Of a DNA stretch of 64,000 nucleotides, positions 25,616-35,367 are shown piece by piece; positions within the stretch are counted from its first letter, which is position 1, and every line of letters starts with the position of its first letter. The translations under genes and the position numbers were made by a program. The DNA is from Planctomycetota bacterium. GTDB lineage: Bacteria > Planctomycetota > Phycisphaerae > Phycisphaerales > Phycisphaeraceae. The notes under the pieces are model-generated. The model was not told where the DNA came from and did no database searches. It saw only the letters and a list, made by a program, of their open reading frames with translations. The stretch lies in NCBI GenBank assembly GCA_024279275.1, contig JAJRRS010000128.1, positions 2,121 through 66,120 on the forward strand. Direction: 5' to 3'.

Positions 25616-26494
25616 ATGCGATTCACAAAAATGCACGGCCTGGGCAACGACTACATCTACATCAATGGCTTTGATCCATCAGATGTCCCCGACGACCCAA
25701 CAACACTCGCCAAACTAATCTCCGATCGCCACTTCGGCGTCGGCGGCGACGGCCTGATCCTCCTGCTACCCGCACAAGACGGCTCCGATGCGCACTGCCG
25801 CATGCGCATGTTCAATATCGACGGCTCCGAAGGCGAGATGTGCGGCAACGGCATACGCTGCGTCTGCAAACTCGCTCACGACAGCGGCGCCGTCACCGCC
25901 AACCCCATGAAAATACAAACCGGCAACGGCGTCCTCACACTGGATTACACACTCAACACGAACAACAAAGTCGATTCCGTCACCGTCGATATGGGTGAAC
26001 CCAAACTGGACCCCGCACAAGTGCCCATCGACACCGCCGGCATGACCGCAACCGACCAGCCCCAGACCTTTAAGTTCACGATTGATGAAACTGGCGAACG
26101 ATTCACCGGGACGTTCTGCTCCACCGGCAACCCCCACGTCACGATCTACGTCGATGGTGTCTCATCAATCAACCTCACCCAACTCGGCCCAAAACTGGAA
26201 CGACACCCCTTGTTCCCAGCACGCATGAACGTCCACTTCGCTGAGGTGATTTCCAACAACGAAGTCAAAGTACGCCACTGGGAACGCGGCAGCGGCATCA
26301 CCCTCGCCTGCGGCACCGGCGCCAGCGCGGTCTGTGTCGCCGGCGTATTAACTGGACGAAGCAGCCGAAAGATCACCGCACACCTGCCCGGCGGCGCGCT
26401 GACCCTTGAATGGAAAGAATCCGACAACCATCTCTACATGACCGGCCCCGCCACCGAAGTCTTCACCGGCGAATGGCCCGAACAGGCCGATTAA
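25616..26494 (+). CDS. dapF: Diaminopimelate epimerase
   Basis: MRFTKMHGLGNDYIYI, GNGIRC, STGNPH and ACGTGASA, including both catalytic Cys contexts. Confidence 0.95.
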   Translation: MRFTKMHGLGNDYIYINGFDPSDVPDDPTTLAKLISDRHFGVGGDGLILLLPAQDGSDAHCRMRMFNIDGSEGEMCGNGIRCVCKLAHDSGAVTANPMKIQTGNGVLTLDYTLNTNNKVDSVTVDMGEPKLDPAQVPIDTAGMTATDQPQTFKFTIDETGERFTGTFCSTGNPHVTIYVDGVSSINLTQLGPKLERHPLFPARMNVHFAEVISNNEVKVRHWERGSGITLACGTGASAVCVAGVLTGRSSRKITAHLPGGALTLEWKESDNHLYMTGPATEVFTGEWPEQAD

Positions 26495-26595
26495 ACGAAC
26501 CCCTCATCACATCACAGCCGCAAGGCTACGCCTCGCATGTCTTCCCCCTGCAGCGCCATACTTGCCCAGAAACTTAAAAACAAGAAACTTAAAAA

Positions 26596-27945
26596 TCACA
26601 TCCCCAGCAACCGCTCGACAAAGTTGATGTCGATGTCGTTGCTGACGAAGTTCCCATTACGCACGAGGTCCGCATGCAGCGGGATCGTCGTCTTGATCGG
26701 GTCGATCTTAAACTCCCGCAGCGCACGCTTAAGTGTTGCGATCGCCTCGTCGCGCGTCGGCTGATGAACGATCAGCTTGGCGATCATCGAGTCATAGTTA
26801 GGCGGGATGCGGTAGCCAGAGTGGCAGTGGGTGTCGATACGTACCCCAGGCCCACCCGGCGCATCGAAGTGTTCAATAACCCCAGCGCAGGGCGTAAAGT
26901 TCTTCGCCGGATCCTCAGCATTAATACGCACCTCGATCGCGTGCCCCTTCTGCTTGATCTGCTTCTGCGTGTACGAGAGTTTTTCTCCCGCAGCGATGCG
27001 GATCTGCTCTTTGAGGATATCCACGCCGGTGACCATTTCGGTCACAGGATGCTCAACCTGAATGCGGGTGTTGACCTCCATGAGATAGAACGTCTTGTCC
27101 GCACTCATGAGAAACTCAACCGTCCCAGCCGAGTAATACCCTGCGGACTTGCACAGACGGACCGCTGCTTTGCAGAGCTTCTCACGCTCGTCCTTTGTGA
27201 TCACCGGGCAGGGCGACTCCTCGATCAGCTTCTGCTTACGCCGTTGCATCGTGCAGTCGCGTTCATAGAGATGAATAAGGTTGCCGTGCTGGTCGCCGAG
27301 GATCTGAACCTCGACGTGACGTGCGTGCTCGATGAATTTTTCAAGATAGACCGTGCCGTCCCCGAATGCGGCTTCTGCCTCCTGACGCGCAGCCTTGATC
27401 CCCGATCGCAATGACATATCGTTGTGAGCCACGCGCATCCCACGCCCGCCCCCGCCCGCAGCCGCCTTGATGATGACCGGGTACCCGATCTCCTTGGCGA
27501 TCTTGACCGCGTCGGCCTCGGCCTCGGGGTCGATCTTGCCCTTGGACCCCGGGCTGGTCGGCACCTTGTTCTTGATCGCCAACTGCTTGCACTGAACCTT
27601 ATCACCCAACAGACGCATCGACTCCACACTCGGCCCAATGAATTCGATGTTGCACGACCGACACACCTCCGCAAAGTGCGCGTTCTCCGCCAAAAACCCG
27701 TAGCCGGGGTGGATCGCATCGACGTTAGCGACCTCGGCGGCAGCGATGATCCTCGCGATGTTCAGATACGACTCCGCAGGCGGTGGGGCACCGATGCAGA
27801 TCGCCTGGTCCGCGATCTTCACGTGCTTGGAGTCTTTATCCGCAGTCGAATAAACAGCGACCGCCTCGATGCCAAGGTCGTGTGCTGCGCGGATGATCCG
27901 TACGGCGATCTCACCTCGATTTGCTATCAGAATGCGTGAAAACAT
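26596..27945 (-). CDS. accC: Acetyl-CoA carboxylase, biotin carboxylase subunit
   Basis: [38 protein letters not shown] and [14 protein letters not shown]-like motifs. Length is 449 aa. Confidence 0.97.
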   Translation of the reverse strand: MFSRILIANRGEIAVRIIRAAHDLGIEAVAVYSTADKDSKHVKIADQAICIGAPPPAESYLNIARIIAAAEVANVDAIHPGYGFLAENAHFAEVCRSCNIEFIGPSVESMRLLGDKVQCKQLAIKNKVPTSPGSKGKIDPEAEADAVKIAKEIGYPVIIKAAAGGGGRGMRVAHNDMSLRSGIKAARQEAEAAFGDGTVYLEKFIEHARHVEVQILGDQHGNLIHLYERDCTMQRRKQKLIEESPCPVITKDEREKLCKAAVRLCKSAGYYSAGTVEFLMSADKTFYLMEVNTRIQVEHPVTEMVTGVDILKEQIRIAAGEKLSYTQKQIKQKGHAIEVRINAEDPAKNFTPCAGVIEHFDAPGGPGVRIDTHCHSGYRIPPNYDSMIAKLIVHQPTRDEAIATLKRALREFKIDPIKTTIPLHADLVRNGNFVSNDIDINFVERLLGM

Positions 27946-27949
27946 GGTG

Positions 27950-28047
27950 TTGGGTCTGGGGTATAGGGTATAGGGTCTGGTCGGAAGGGAAACAAAAATC
28001 TGATCGGTATAAGGTCTTATCTGGTTAGACCCAAGACCCTAGCCCCC
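27950..28047. repeat. Module K-like hairpin element in the accB-accC spacer
   Basis: GGGTCTGGGGTATAGGGTATAGGGTCTGGTCGGAAGG ... CCAAGACCCTAGCCCCC, compared with 4789-4936. Confidence 0.7.
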
Positions 28048-28048
28048 A

Positions 28049-28516
28049 CTAATCCGGCTTGATCGCGTACAGCGGTTGGTCGAACTCCACTGCTTGTCCG
28101 TTCTCGACCAAAATCTTCGTGATCGTCCCGCTGGTCTCCGCCTTGATCTCGTTGAAGACCTTCATCGCCTCGATGATGCAGACAACCGTGTCCGCATCCA
28201 CACGGTCGCCGACATTGGCGAAGGCCTTGGCGTCGGGGCTGGATGCCGTATAGAACGTGCCGACCATCGGGCTGTCAATCGTCTCGCCGTTGTCTTCTTC
28301 GGCGGGTGCTTGGGCCGCAGCCGCAGGGACTGCCGCAGCAACGGCTGGGACAACTCCGGGCACCGCAGCGGGAACAAGTTGAACCCCCGCCCCCCCGGCT
28401 CCCTGACTATTACGCCGAAGTTTCACCGGCCCGCCTTCTGCCTGAATATCCAACTCCGTCAGGTCATTATCGACCATGAGCTTAATGAGTTGCTTGAGTG
28501 TCTTAAGATCAACCAT
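28049..28516 (-). CDS. accB: Biotin carboxyl carrier protein
   Basis: CIIEAMKVFNEIKAE biotinylation motif after an Ala/Pro linker. Confidence 0.95.
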   Translation of the reverse strand: MVDLKTLKQLIKLMVDNDLTELDIQAEGGPVKLRRNSQGAGGAGVQLVPAAVPGVVPAVAAAVPAAAAQAPAEEDNGETIDSPMVGTFYTASSPDAKAFANVGDRVDADTVVCIIEAMKVFNEIKAETSGTITKILVENGQAVEFDQPLYAIKPD

Positions 28517-28611
28517 GGAAATTTCCTGTTTGCCCGTCGCTATTTCACACCGCTTACGTTGGCCGGTGGCCGGACCCTGTGACCACGCCCAATCGGCGTG
28601 GGGTATTGAAC

Positions 28612-29736
28612 TTAGATAATCGCGGATTCAAGGCTCTTGGGCAAATTACTTAGCACCTTATGCCCCTTAGGCGTCACCAGCACGTCATCCTCGATCCGCA
28701 CGCCCCCCACACCCGGCAGATAAATCCCCGGCTCCACCGTCACCACCTGACCAGCCTCCAACACCCCCGCAGCCTTGCTCGCCAGCACCGGCAACTCATG
28801 GATATCCAACCCAATCCCATGCCCAAGCGAATGCCCAAACCGATCCCCGTACCCAGCCTTTTCAATCACCCGCCGAGCGACCGCATCGATATCACTCTGC
28901 CGCTTGCCCGGCCCAATCGTATCGATCGCCGCCATCTGCGCATCCAAAACTATTTTATATATCTCCCGAATCTTCGGCTTCATCTTCCCCACCGCCACCA
29001 CACGGGTCAGGTCCGAGCAATCCCCCCCCCACTTCGCGCCCCAGTCAATCAACACCGACCCCCCAGCCTTGATCTTCGTCTTCCCCGGCACAGCATGAGG
29101 CAAACTCGCATTCGCACCCGCCGCAATGATCGATGGGAAACTCACCCCATCGGCGCCCAGCGCACGCATCCGGTATTCCAGATACGCCGCGACTTCGTAT
29201 TCACTCAGCCCCGGCTTAATAAACTCACACGTCTCACGGAACGCCTGCTGCTGAATCGAAATCGCCCTGCGGATCGCCTTGACTTCACCAACATCCTTAA
29301 CAGCACGCTGCGCAAACATCCCATCATCAATGGCAAGGATCCGCCTCGCGCCCAGATGTTTCGCCAACACCTTGCGCAACAAAACCGTGACACACCCCGG
29401 CTGCACCGTGATCTTATCTAGCTTCAATCGCCGGGTCAGCGCCGCCAGCTCCTCCGCCAGGCTCTTGCTCCGCATAATCACCACCGCATGCGGCGCTTCT
29501 TTTTGTATCTGTTCCTCAAAGCGAAAATCGCTGAGGATATAAACCTTCGCCCCGCGCATCGGGATCAAAGCCCACGAGTCATCCCCGACAAACCCCGTGA
29601 GGTAGCGTATGTCGCACGGGTTAGTCACCAGCAACCCCGAAGCACCCGTCGGCCTCAAACGCTTGCGCATCACACGCACCCGCTCGCTTAGCCACAATGT
29701 AGGGGCCGCCTTCTTGACGGTTTTCTTCTTCGCCAT
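28612..29736 (-). CDS. M24-family Xaa-Pro aminopeptidase
   Basis: HSLGHGIGLDIHELP and VEPGIYLPGVGGVRIEDDV motifs. Confidence 0.9.
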   Translation of the reverse strand: MAKKKTVKKAAPTLWLSERVRVMRKRLRPTGASGLLVTNPCDIRYLTGFVGDDSWALIPMRGAKVYILSDFRFEEQIQKEAPHAVVIMRSKSLAEELAALTRRLKLDKITVQPGCVTVLLRKVLAKHLGARRILAIDDGMFAQRAVKDVGEVKAIRRAISIQQQAFRETCEFIKPGLSEYEVAAYLEYRMRALGADGVSFPSIIAAGANASLPHAVPGKTKIKAGGSVLIDWGAKWGGDCSDLTRVVAVGKMKPKIREIYKIVLDAQMAAIDTIGPGKRQSDIDAVARRVIEKAGYGDRFGHSLGHGIGLDIHELPVLASKAAGVLEAGQVVTVEPGIYLPGVGGVRIEDDVLVTPKGHKVLSNLPKSLESAII

Positions 29737-29775
29737 CGTTAGTTTCCCTGATCGGTAGCCGAAACGGGCCGATGT

Positions 29776-30177
29776 TTACTTATACACTTTCGCGGGATCA
29801 AACACCTTCTTGGCCACCAGCTTCAACGTCCCATCCGCCTGAACCTCGCGGTAAAAGCACGAGTTGTACCCGACGTGGCAGCAAGGCCCATGCGATTTGC
29901 ACTTGAGCAACACCAGGTCCTGATCGCAGTCAACCCGCACCTCGACGACTTCCTGAACGTGGCCGGAGCTTTCCCCCTTGATCCACATCTTGTCGCGCGA
30001 CCGGGAATAGAAGGTCGCCTTCTTCACCTCGAGCGTCTGCTTCAGCGCCGCCTCGTTCATCCAGGCCATCATCAGGATTTCGCCCGAGTCGATATCCTGA
30101 ACGATCGCGGGGACCAACCCCTTCTCGTCGAACTTGATGTCCAGCTTGTCGGTCGTTTCGCGTTGGGTGTCGCCCAT
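29776..30177 (-). CDS. hisI: Phosphoribosyl-AMP cyclohydrolase
   Basis: GLVPAIVQD, MMAWMNEAAL, FYSRSR, WIKGESSGH and CDQDLVLL...CH motifs. Confidence 0.93.
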   Translation of the reverse strand: MGDTQRETTDKLDIKFDEKGLVPAIVQDIDSGEILMMAWMNEAALKQTLEVKKATFYSRSRDKMWIKGESSGHVQEVVEVRVDCDQDLVLLKCKSHGPCCHVGYNSCFYREVQADGTLKLVAKKVFDPAKVYK

Positions 30178-30249
30178 ATCAATAGCTCCTGCTCTCTGTA
30201 TTTCGAGCCAAGCATTATAACAGTTAAGGCCGAACCGCGGCGAGTTGTG

Positions 30250-31131
30250 TCAGGGCCTGGGCGGGACGTCCAGATCCACAATCTCGTCCGGCTTCATCAC
30301 ACGCTTGAGTATCTCAAAGTCAAAATGAGCGTCCTTGATCCGTGTCCCCCGTGTCGTCAGCCCCTTGAGTTTCAGCGTCATCCGTGCCTCTTGCCCTAGC
30401 ACATAAACTTCGACAACCCGGTGCATCACCGGCTCAGGCCCGTCCGCTTCATCTCTCCCGGTCTTGAGTTTGGAGGGCTTCGACAGCACACACTTCACCG
30501 CCGACTCACCCACAGCATTCAATAGATCAACCCGAACCGGCCTTGCCGTCACCGGATCAATCAGCATCCGCAATCCAAGCCCCGGCGGCTCCACAAGGTA
30601 GTACCCCGCCACACGCTCAACCTCCGGCGCCTCGGGAACAATCGCCGAATCAATCGGCACCAGCCCCAACACATACAACAAGTCACCCGGTTTCACCGGC
30701 AACGGAAAATCTTGTGGGTCCAACTCATCAAGATTCTCAAACCGGCCCACATAAGCAACCCGCTCATCTTGCAGATCAAACAGCCAGTAACGCTCCCCAT
30801 CACCTCCAGCCCAGAACCCCCTGCCGAACTCCTGAATCTCCAACGCGATCTTGTCCGGGTTCACAAACATGAACCGCCCGTCCCCGTGCTCAGACTTCCG
30901 CTTGCCCTTCTCATCACGCCACACAAGATCAACCCGAGCCTCCGCCCAGACCCGCCTCAAAGATCGAGTCGTCTCGTTGTACCGCTCAATCAATTCGCTA
31001 TAAGTCGGCAGCGGCTCCGCTGTCTCGATCGGCTTGGGCAGCAAAGTCTCTGGCACAATCGGCTGAACAGGTTTACACCCCGTACACCACATGGCCAACA
31101 ACACACAAGCTATCACCGCCCCGCAACGCAC
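30250..31131 (-). CDS. Hypothetical lipoprotein
   Basis: MRCGAVIACVLLAMWCTGC lipobox. It lies 2 nt downstream of the preceding gene. Confidence 0.6.
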   Translation of the reverse strand: MRCGAVIACVLLAMWCTGCKPVQPIVPETLLPKPIETAEPLPTYSELIERYNETTRSLRRVWAEARVDLVWRDEKGKRKSEHGDGRFMFVNPDKIALEIQEFGRGFWAGGDGERYWLFDLQDERVAYVGRFENLDELDPQDFPLPVKPGDLLYVLGLVPIDSAIVPEAPEVERVAGYYLVEPPGLGLRMLIDPVTARPVRVDLLNAVGESAVKCVLSKPSKLKTGRDEADGPEPVMHRVVEVYVLGQEARMTLKLKGLTTRGTRIKDAHFDFEILKRVMKPDEIVDLDVPPRP

Positions 31132-31133
31132 CG

Positions 31134-31820
31134 CTAAAACTCCGCCTGAAGAATCTCGCCGAGCTGCTGCATCACCTGCTCCACCCGCGTCTCGTCGAGC
31201 TTAGGATCCAGCACCTCAAGCCTGACATCCGGGTGCCACTTCCCCAGCATCCCCTTGGCAAGGTCCAGCTTAGGCGTGAGCTTCCACCACGTCTGCTCCA
31301 CCTGCTCGCCATCCACCTCGCCGATGCGTGTCTCATTCCCGTCGTAACGCAGCAGCTTCTTACGCATCAATATCAAGGCTAACACATACCGAAACGCCAA
31401 CCGGTCCGGCTCCGTCGCATCCGCCAGCCGTTCCAAAAGGTTCATCAACATCGCATCATCGACGAACATCTTCTTTTTTTGGTTAGGCTCAGGAACCGTA
31501 GACTTCCAATACCCAAACAAGCCCTCCGGCCTAAACCCGCCCTCCCAAGCATCACTACTGATATCAATCCGACACATCCCAAGAGCCGTGAGCGCCGCGA
31601 CCGCCTTATCCTTAGCCGACCCCCCGGATTTACCACCGGATTTACCGCCAGCCTTACCCCCCTCGGCTTTAAGTTCCTCCGCCGCGCTCGCCGTCTGCTC
31701 CTCGGTCAGCTCAACCAGCGCCGCAAAATAAGACTCACCCGGCACCAACTCCCGACCACTAGATGCACAAACCCCACTGGTCCGCGGTATCTCATAACTG
31801 GGTGTGTTAAATTGCGACAT
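31134..31820 (-). CDS. Hypothetical protein
   Basis: Coherent ORF in the folD-to-accC minus-strand gene string. It contains a GGKAGGKSGGKSGG low-complexity tract. No family recognised. Confidence 0.55.
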   Translation of the reverse strand: MSQFNTPSYEIPRTSGVCASSGRELVPGESYFAALVELTEEQTASAAEELKAEGGKAGGKSGGKSGGSAKDKAVAALTALGMCRIDISSDAWEGGFRPEGLFGYWKSTVPEPNQKKKMFVDDAMLMNLLERLADATEPDRLAFRYVLALILMRKKLLRYDGNETRIGEVDGEQVEQTWWKLTPKLDLAKGMLGKWHPDVRLEVLDPKLDETRVEQVMQQLGEILQAEF

Positions 31821-31860
31821 AGTTCTCTTACTAAAGACTAATGGCTAAAGGCTAACTTCT

Positions 31861-32763
31861 TCACTCCAGTTCGGACACGCCCAACTGCCGCGCCGCACCG
31901 ATCGATGTCTGATCGATCAGCACCGCCAACGTCATCGGCCCAACGCCCCCAGGCACCGGCGTGATCATCGAACACTTCGGCGCACAGTCATCATAATCCA
32001 CATCCCCGACGTTACCCTTGGGACTCGGATTAAACCCCGCATCAATCACGATCACGCCTTCCTTAAGCCAATCCGCCTTGACGAAGTCCGCAATACCCAC
32101 CGCCGCAACCACGATGTCCGCCATGCGCGTGATGCTCGGCAAATCAACCGTCCGCGAATGGCAGATCGTCACCGTCGCATGCGAAGCCAGCAGCAGCATC
32201 GCCATCGGCTTACCCAGGATCACGCTCCGCCCAATCACCACCGCGTGCTTCCCCTTCACATCAATATCGTAAGCCTTCATCATCCGCATGATCCCCTCGG
32301 GTGTCGCCGAGCCGAATCCAGGCAGTGCGTAGGTCATCGTCCCGAAGCTGTGGAACGTCACGCCATCCACATCCTTCGCCCCCCCGATCGCCTCGAATAC
32401 CGCCCGCTCATCAATCTGCTTGGGCATCGGGTGCTGCACGAGAATCCCATGCACACTCTTGTCGTTCGCCAGTTCCGTCACCTTCGCCACGACTTCTTCC
32501 GTGGTCGACGTGTCAGCCATATGAATCTTGATCGACTTCATCCCGTGCTTCACGCACAGCTTCCCCTTGCGATCCACATACTTCTCACTCGCCGGATCGC
32601 TCCCCACCAGCACCGTCGCCAGGCACGGCGTAACACCCGTCTTCTCAATAATACGCCTCACCCGCTTCTCGCAATCCGCGAGCAGGGCATCGGCGATGGG
32701 CTTACCTTTAATAACAACAGGGTTCGTCGTGGTGGTACTCATGGACGGATTATAGGGACTCAT
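31861..32763 (-). CDS. folD: Bifunctional methylenetetrahydrofolate dehydrogenase/cyclohydrolase
   Basis: VLVGSDPASEKYV, GILVQHPMP, VVIGRSVILGKPMAMLL, VTICHSRT and PVPGGVGPMT motifs. Confidence 0.95.
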   Translation of the reverse strand: MSPYNPSMSTTTTNPVVIKGKPIADALLADCEKRVRRIIEKTGVTPCLATVLVGSDPASEKYVDRKGKLCVKHGMKSIKIHMADTSTTEEVVAKVTELANDKSVHGILVQHPMPKQIDERAVFEAIGGAKDVDGVTFHSFGTMTYALPGFGSATPEGIMRMMKAYDIDVKGKHAVVIGRSVILGKPMAMLLLASHATVTICHSRTVDLPSITRMADIVVAAVGIADFVKADWLKEGVIVIDAGFNPSPKGNVGDVDYDDCAPKCSMITPVPGGVGPMTLAVLIDQTSIGAARQLGVSELE

Positions 32764-32860
32764 CCCCTCCCCGGCACATCCTCAGTTTGACCCCTCGACC
32801 CGGGATACCTCACCCCAACACGCGAGACTCTATCAGCCCATGCAATCCGTCCCATGTAAA

Positions 32861-32910
32861 GCCACTCTTATAAGATCAATTTTAATTTATAATTGATCTT
32901 GCCGAGTGGC
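32861..32910. promoter_or_regulatory. AT-rich 50-bp nested palindrome in the folD/cinA divergent region
   Basis: GCCACTC-TTATA-AGATCAATT-TTAATTTAT-AATTGATCT-TGCC-GAGTGGC. Confidence 0.3.
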
Positions 32911-33021
32911 TCTCATCCCAGCCTGCCAATTGATTCTAAATCCATCGTGATGCCTGACCCGTCATAGCAAAATTGTGGGTGATGGTGCGGCATAGCGGAG
33001 AGGTGTTTACAATCACAGGCT

Positions 33022-34326
33022 ATGCAAGCAGTAATCCTATCCATCGGCGACGAGCTGATCCTCGGCCAGACCGTCGATACGAACTCCGCCTACCTCGCCG
33101 CTAAGCTCGCCGAGTCAGGCATCCCCACCCTCTACCACCACACACTCCCTGACGACCCCAAACTCATCACCGACGCCATCACACAAGCCTCCCAACGCGC
33201 CCAATGCATCCTGATCTCCGGCGGACTTGGCCCCACCAAAGACGACCTCACACGCCACGCTCTCGCCGACGCCATGGCCGTCGATCTACAAGAAGACCCC
33301 GCCAGCCTTGACATGATCGAAGCCTTCTTCGCCGAGCGCAAAATACCCATGTCAGACGCCAACCGCGTTCAAGCCATGCTCCCCGTCGGATCTACCATGA
33401 TCCCAAACCACCACGGCACAGCGCCAGGCATCCACGCTACACTCAACAACGCCGACATCTTCGTCATGCCCGGCGTACCACAAGAAATGCGGGCGATGTA
33501 TGACACCGCCATCCTCCCCGCACTACGACAACACGCAACCACCACTAAAACCATACTCACCACCAAAATCAACACCTTCGGCATGGGCGAATCAGCCGTC
33601 GGCAAGATCCTCGGCGACCTGATGACCCGCAACCAAAACCCAACCGTCGGCACCACCGTCAACAACGCCATCGTCTCCATACGCATCCGCAGCGAATCCA
33701 ACAACCCAGACGACGCACGCGACCGACTGGAACAAACAGCCCAACAAGTCGAACAACGCCTCGCCCCCATCACCTTCGGTCGCGACGACCAGACCCTCGC
33801 CGCCACACTCGTCACCGCATTGCAAAACGCCAACCTCACACTCGCCACCGCCGAAAGCTGCACCGGCGGACTCATCAGCAAACTCATCACCGACGTCCCC
33901 GGCTCAAGCAACGTCTACGCAGGCGGCTGGATCACCTACACCAACGATCTAAAACAATCCCAACTCGACGTCCCCGCTGAATTAATCCAACAACACGGCG
34001 TAGTCAGCGCCCCCGTCGTCTGCGCCATGGCACGAGGCGCACTAAAACACACCCAAGCCGACCTCGCCATCTCTATCAGCGGCATCGCAGGCCCCACCGG
34101 CGGCACACCCCACAAACCCGTCGGCACCGTCTGGCTCGGACTCGCCCACAATGACGCTCTCAATAACACCCCACAATCAAAAGCCATCCAGATCCGCCTC
34201 CCCGGCGGCCGCCACGCCGTCCGAACCCGCGCCGCCCTGTCCGCCCTCCAATGGCTCCGCCTGCACCTCGCCAACCAACCACCTTCCCACATGACATGGG
34301 TCGTTAGCACTCACTCCGAACCATAA
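33022..34326 (+). CDS. cinA: CinA-family protein (MoCF-binding domain + nicotinamide-nucleotide amidase PncC domain)
   Basis: ILSIGDELILGQTVDTNSAYLA, ISGGLGPTKDDLT, ATAESCTGG and GIAGPTGG motifs. Confidence 0.9.
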   Translation: MQAVILSIGDELILGQTVDTNSAYLAAKLAESGIPTLYHHTLPDDPKLITDAITQASQRAQCILISGGLGPTKDDLTRHALADAMAVDLQEDPASLDMIEAFFAERKIPMSDANRVQAMLPVGSTMIPNHHGTAPGIHATLNNADIFVMPGVPQEMRAMYDTAILPALRQHATTTKTILTTKINTFGMGESAVGKILGDLMTRNQNPTVGTTVNNAIVSIRIRSESNNPDDARDRLEQTAQQVEQRLAPITFGRDDQTLAATLVTALQNANLTLATAESCTGGLISKLITDVPGSSNVYAGGWITYTNDLKQSQLDVPAELIQQHGVVSAPVVCAMARGALKHTQADLAISISGIAGPTGGTPHKPVGTVWLGLAHNDALNNTPQSKAIQIRLPGGRHAVRTRAALSALQWLRLHLANQPPSHMTWVVSTHSEP

Positions 34327-34386
34327 AAGATATACTTAGCCTGCCACACCGACCGATACCCGACACCCGAACCCCGATACCCGATC

Positions 34387-35127
34387 ATGCCCCCCATCCC
34401 TCCCACAGGCCGAATCGACGTCCACAGCCACATGCTCCCGGGCATCGACGACGGCTGCGAAACCATCGAAGAATCCATCGCCAGCATCAACCTCTTAAAA
34501 CAAGTTGGCTACACCGGCACCATCTGCACCCCCCACCTCTGGCCGGACATGTTCCCCGACAACACACCCGCCAACATCCAACGCTGGACCGATGAACTTG
34601 CAGCACAACTCGCCGACCGCGGAATCGACTACGCCCTCTGGACCGGCGGAGAACTGCGACTCGATGAAGATGTCATCGACTGGATGAAAACCCACGGCGT
34701 ACCCACACTCGCCAACTCCCGCTACGTCCTCACCGACTTCTGGGAAGACAACTGGCCCAAGTACGTCGATCAGGCCTTCGATTGGCTCATCGCTCAAGGC
34801 TATCAACCCATCCTCGCACACCCCGAACGCATCGGCATCGCTAAACTCGACACCCTCATCGAACACCTCGACGCCATCACCGCACGCGGCGTCCTGCTGC
34901 AAGGAAACTTCCGCTGCATGACCGGCGAAGACGGCTACCTACAGGACCAACGCATCCGGCAATTCCTGACCGAAGATCGCTACTGGCTTCTCGCCATGGA
35001 CATGCACCGCCCAGACGCACTCCCCTCACGCCTCGACGGCATGCAAATGGTCGTCACCGAGTTCGGCCAAAACATAGTCGACATCACCACCATCCAACGC
35101 CCCCGCACCATACTCGCAACACCCTAG
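34387..35127 (+). CDS. PHP-domain tyrosine-protein phosphatase (CpsB/CapC family)
   Basis: IDVHSHMLPGIDDG, TPH and ILAHPER motifs. Length is 246 aa. Confidence 0.85.
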   Translation: MPPIPPTGRIDVHSHMLPGIDDGCETIEESIASINLLKQVGYTGTICTPHLWPDMFPDNTPANIQRWTDELAAQLADRGIDYALWTGGELRLDEDVIDWMKTHGVPTLANSRYVLTDFWEDNWPKYVDQAFDWLIAQGYQPILAHPERIGIAKLDTLIEHLDAITARGVLLQGNFRCMTGEDGYLQDQRIRQFLTEDRYWLLAMDMHRPDALPSRLDGMQMVVTEFGQNIVDITTIQRPRTILATP

Positions 35128-35302
35128 CGGCGATCCGTCTTTACACCTTGACGTCTTCACTTCGCCCGCCTCTCACACCCGTGCGCTGGGTTCCATGCAA
35201 CCTGTCAGGCAACGTGAAAGACAAGACCATTTCCACTCATTACCAGCACCTATCTTGCCTATTTACCAGGTAAACACCCGGCAAAATTCTTCAGAAAAAC
35301 CA

Positions 35303-35331
35303 TTGACGCACCCGCCTCCCTCCCAGACAAT
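35303..35331 (+). promoter_or_regulatory. Candidate sigma-70 promoter TTGACG-N17-GACAAT
   Basis: It lies 37 nt upstream of the ATG at 35368. Called by sequence match only. Confidence 0.25.
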
Positions 35332-35367
35332 AATCCAGGCCTTTCTCTTCTTTTATGGAGTTCACTT

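Noticed and set aside
26560-26595. The direct repeat GAAACTTAAAAA x2 between the convergent dapF and accC genes.
   Set aside because: It has only two short copies in an AT-rich convergent spacer, with no hairpin or other copies. It is too little to interpret.
32764-33021. ZTP (pfl) or other riboswitch in the folD leader.
   Set aside because: I read the minus strand and found no CCGGGnGGA ... CCGCCTGGGC-type conserved core. Only the AT-rich palindrome stands out.
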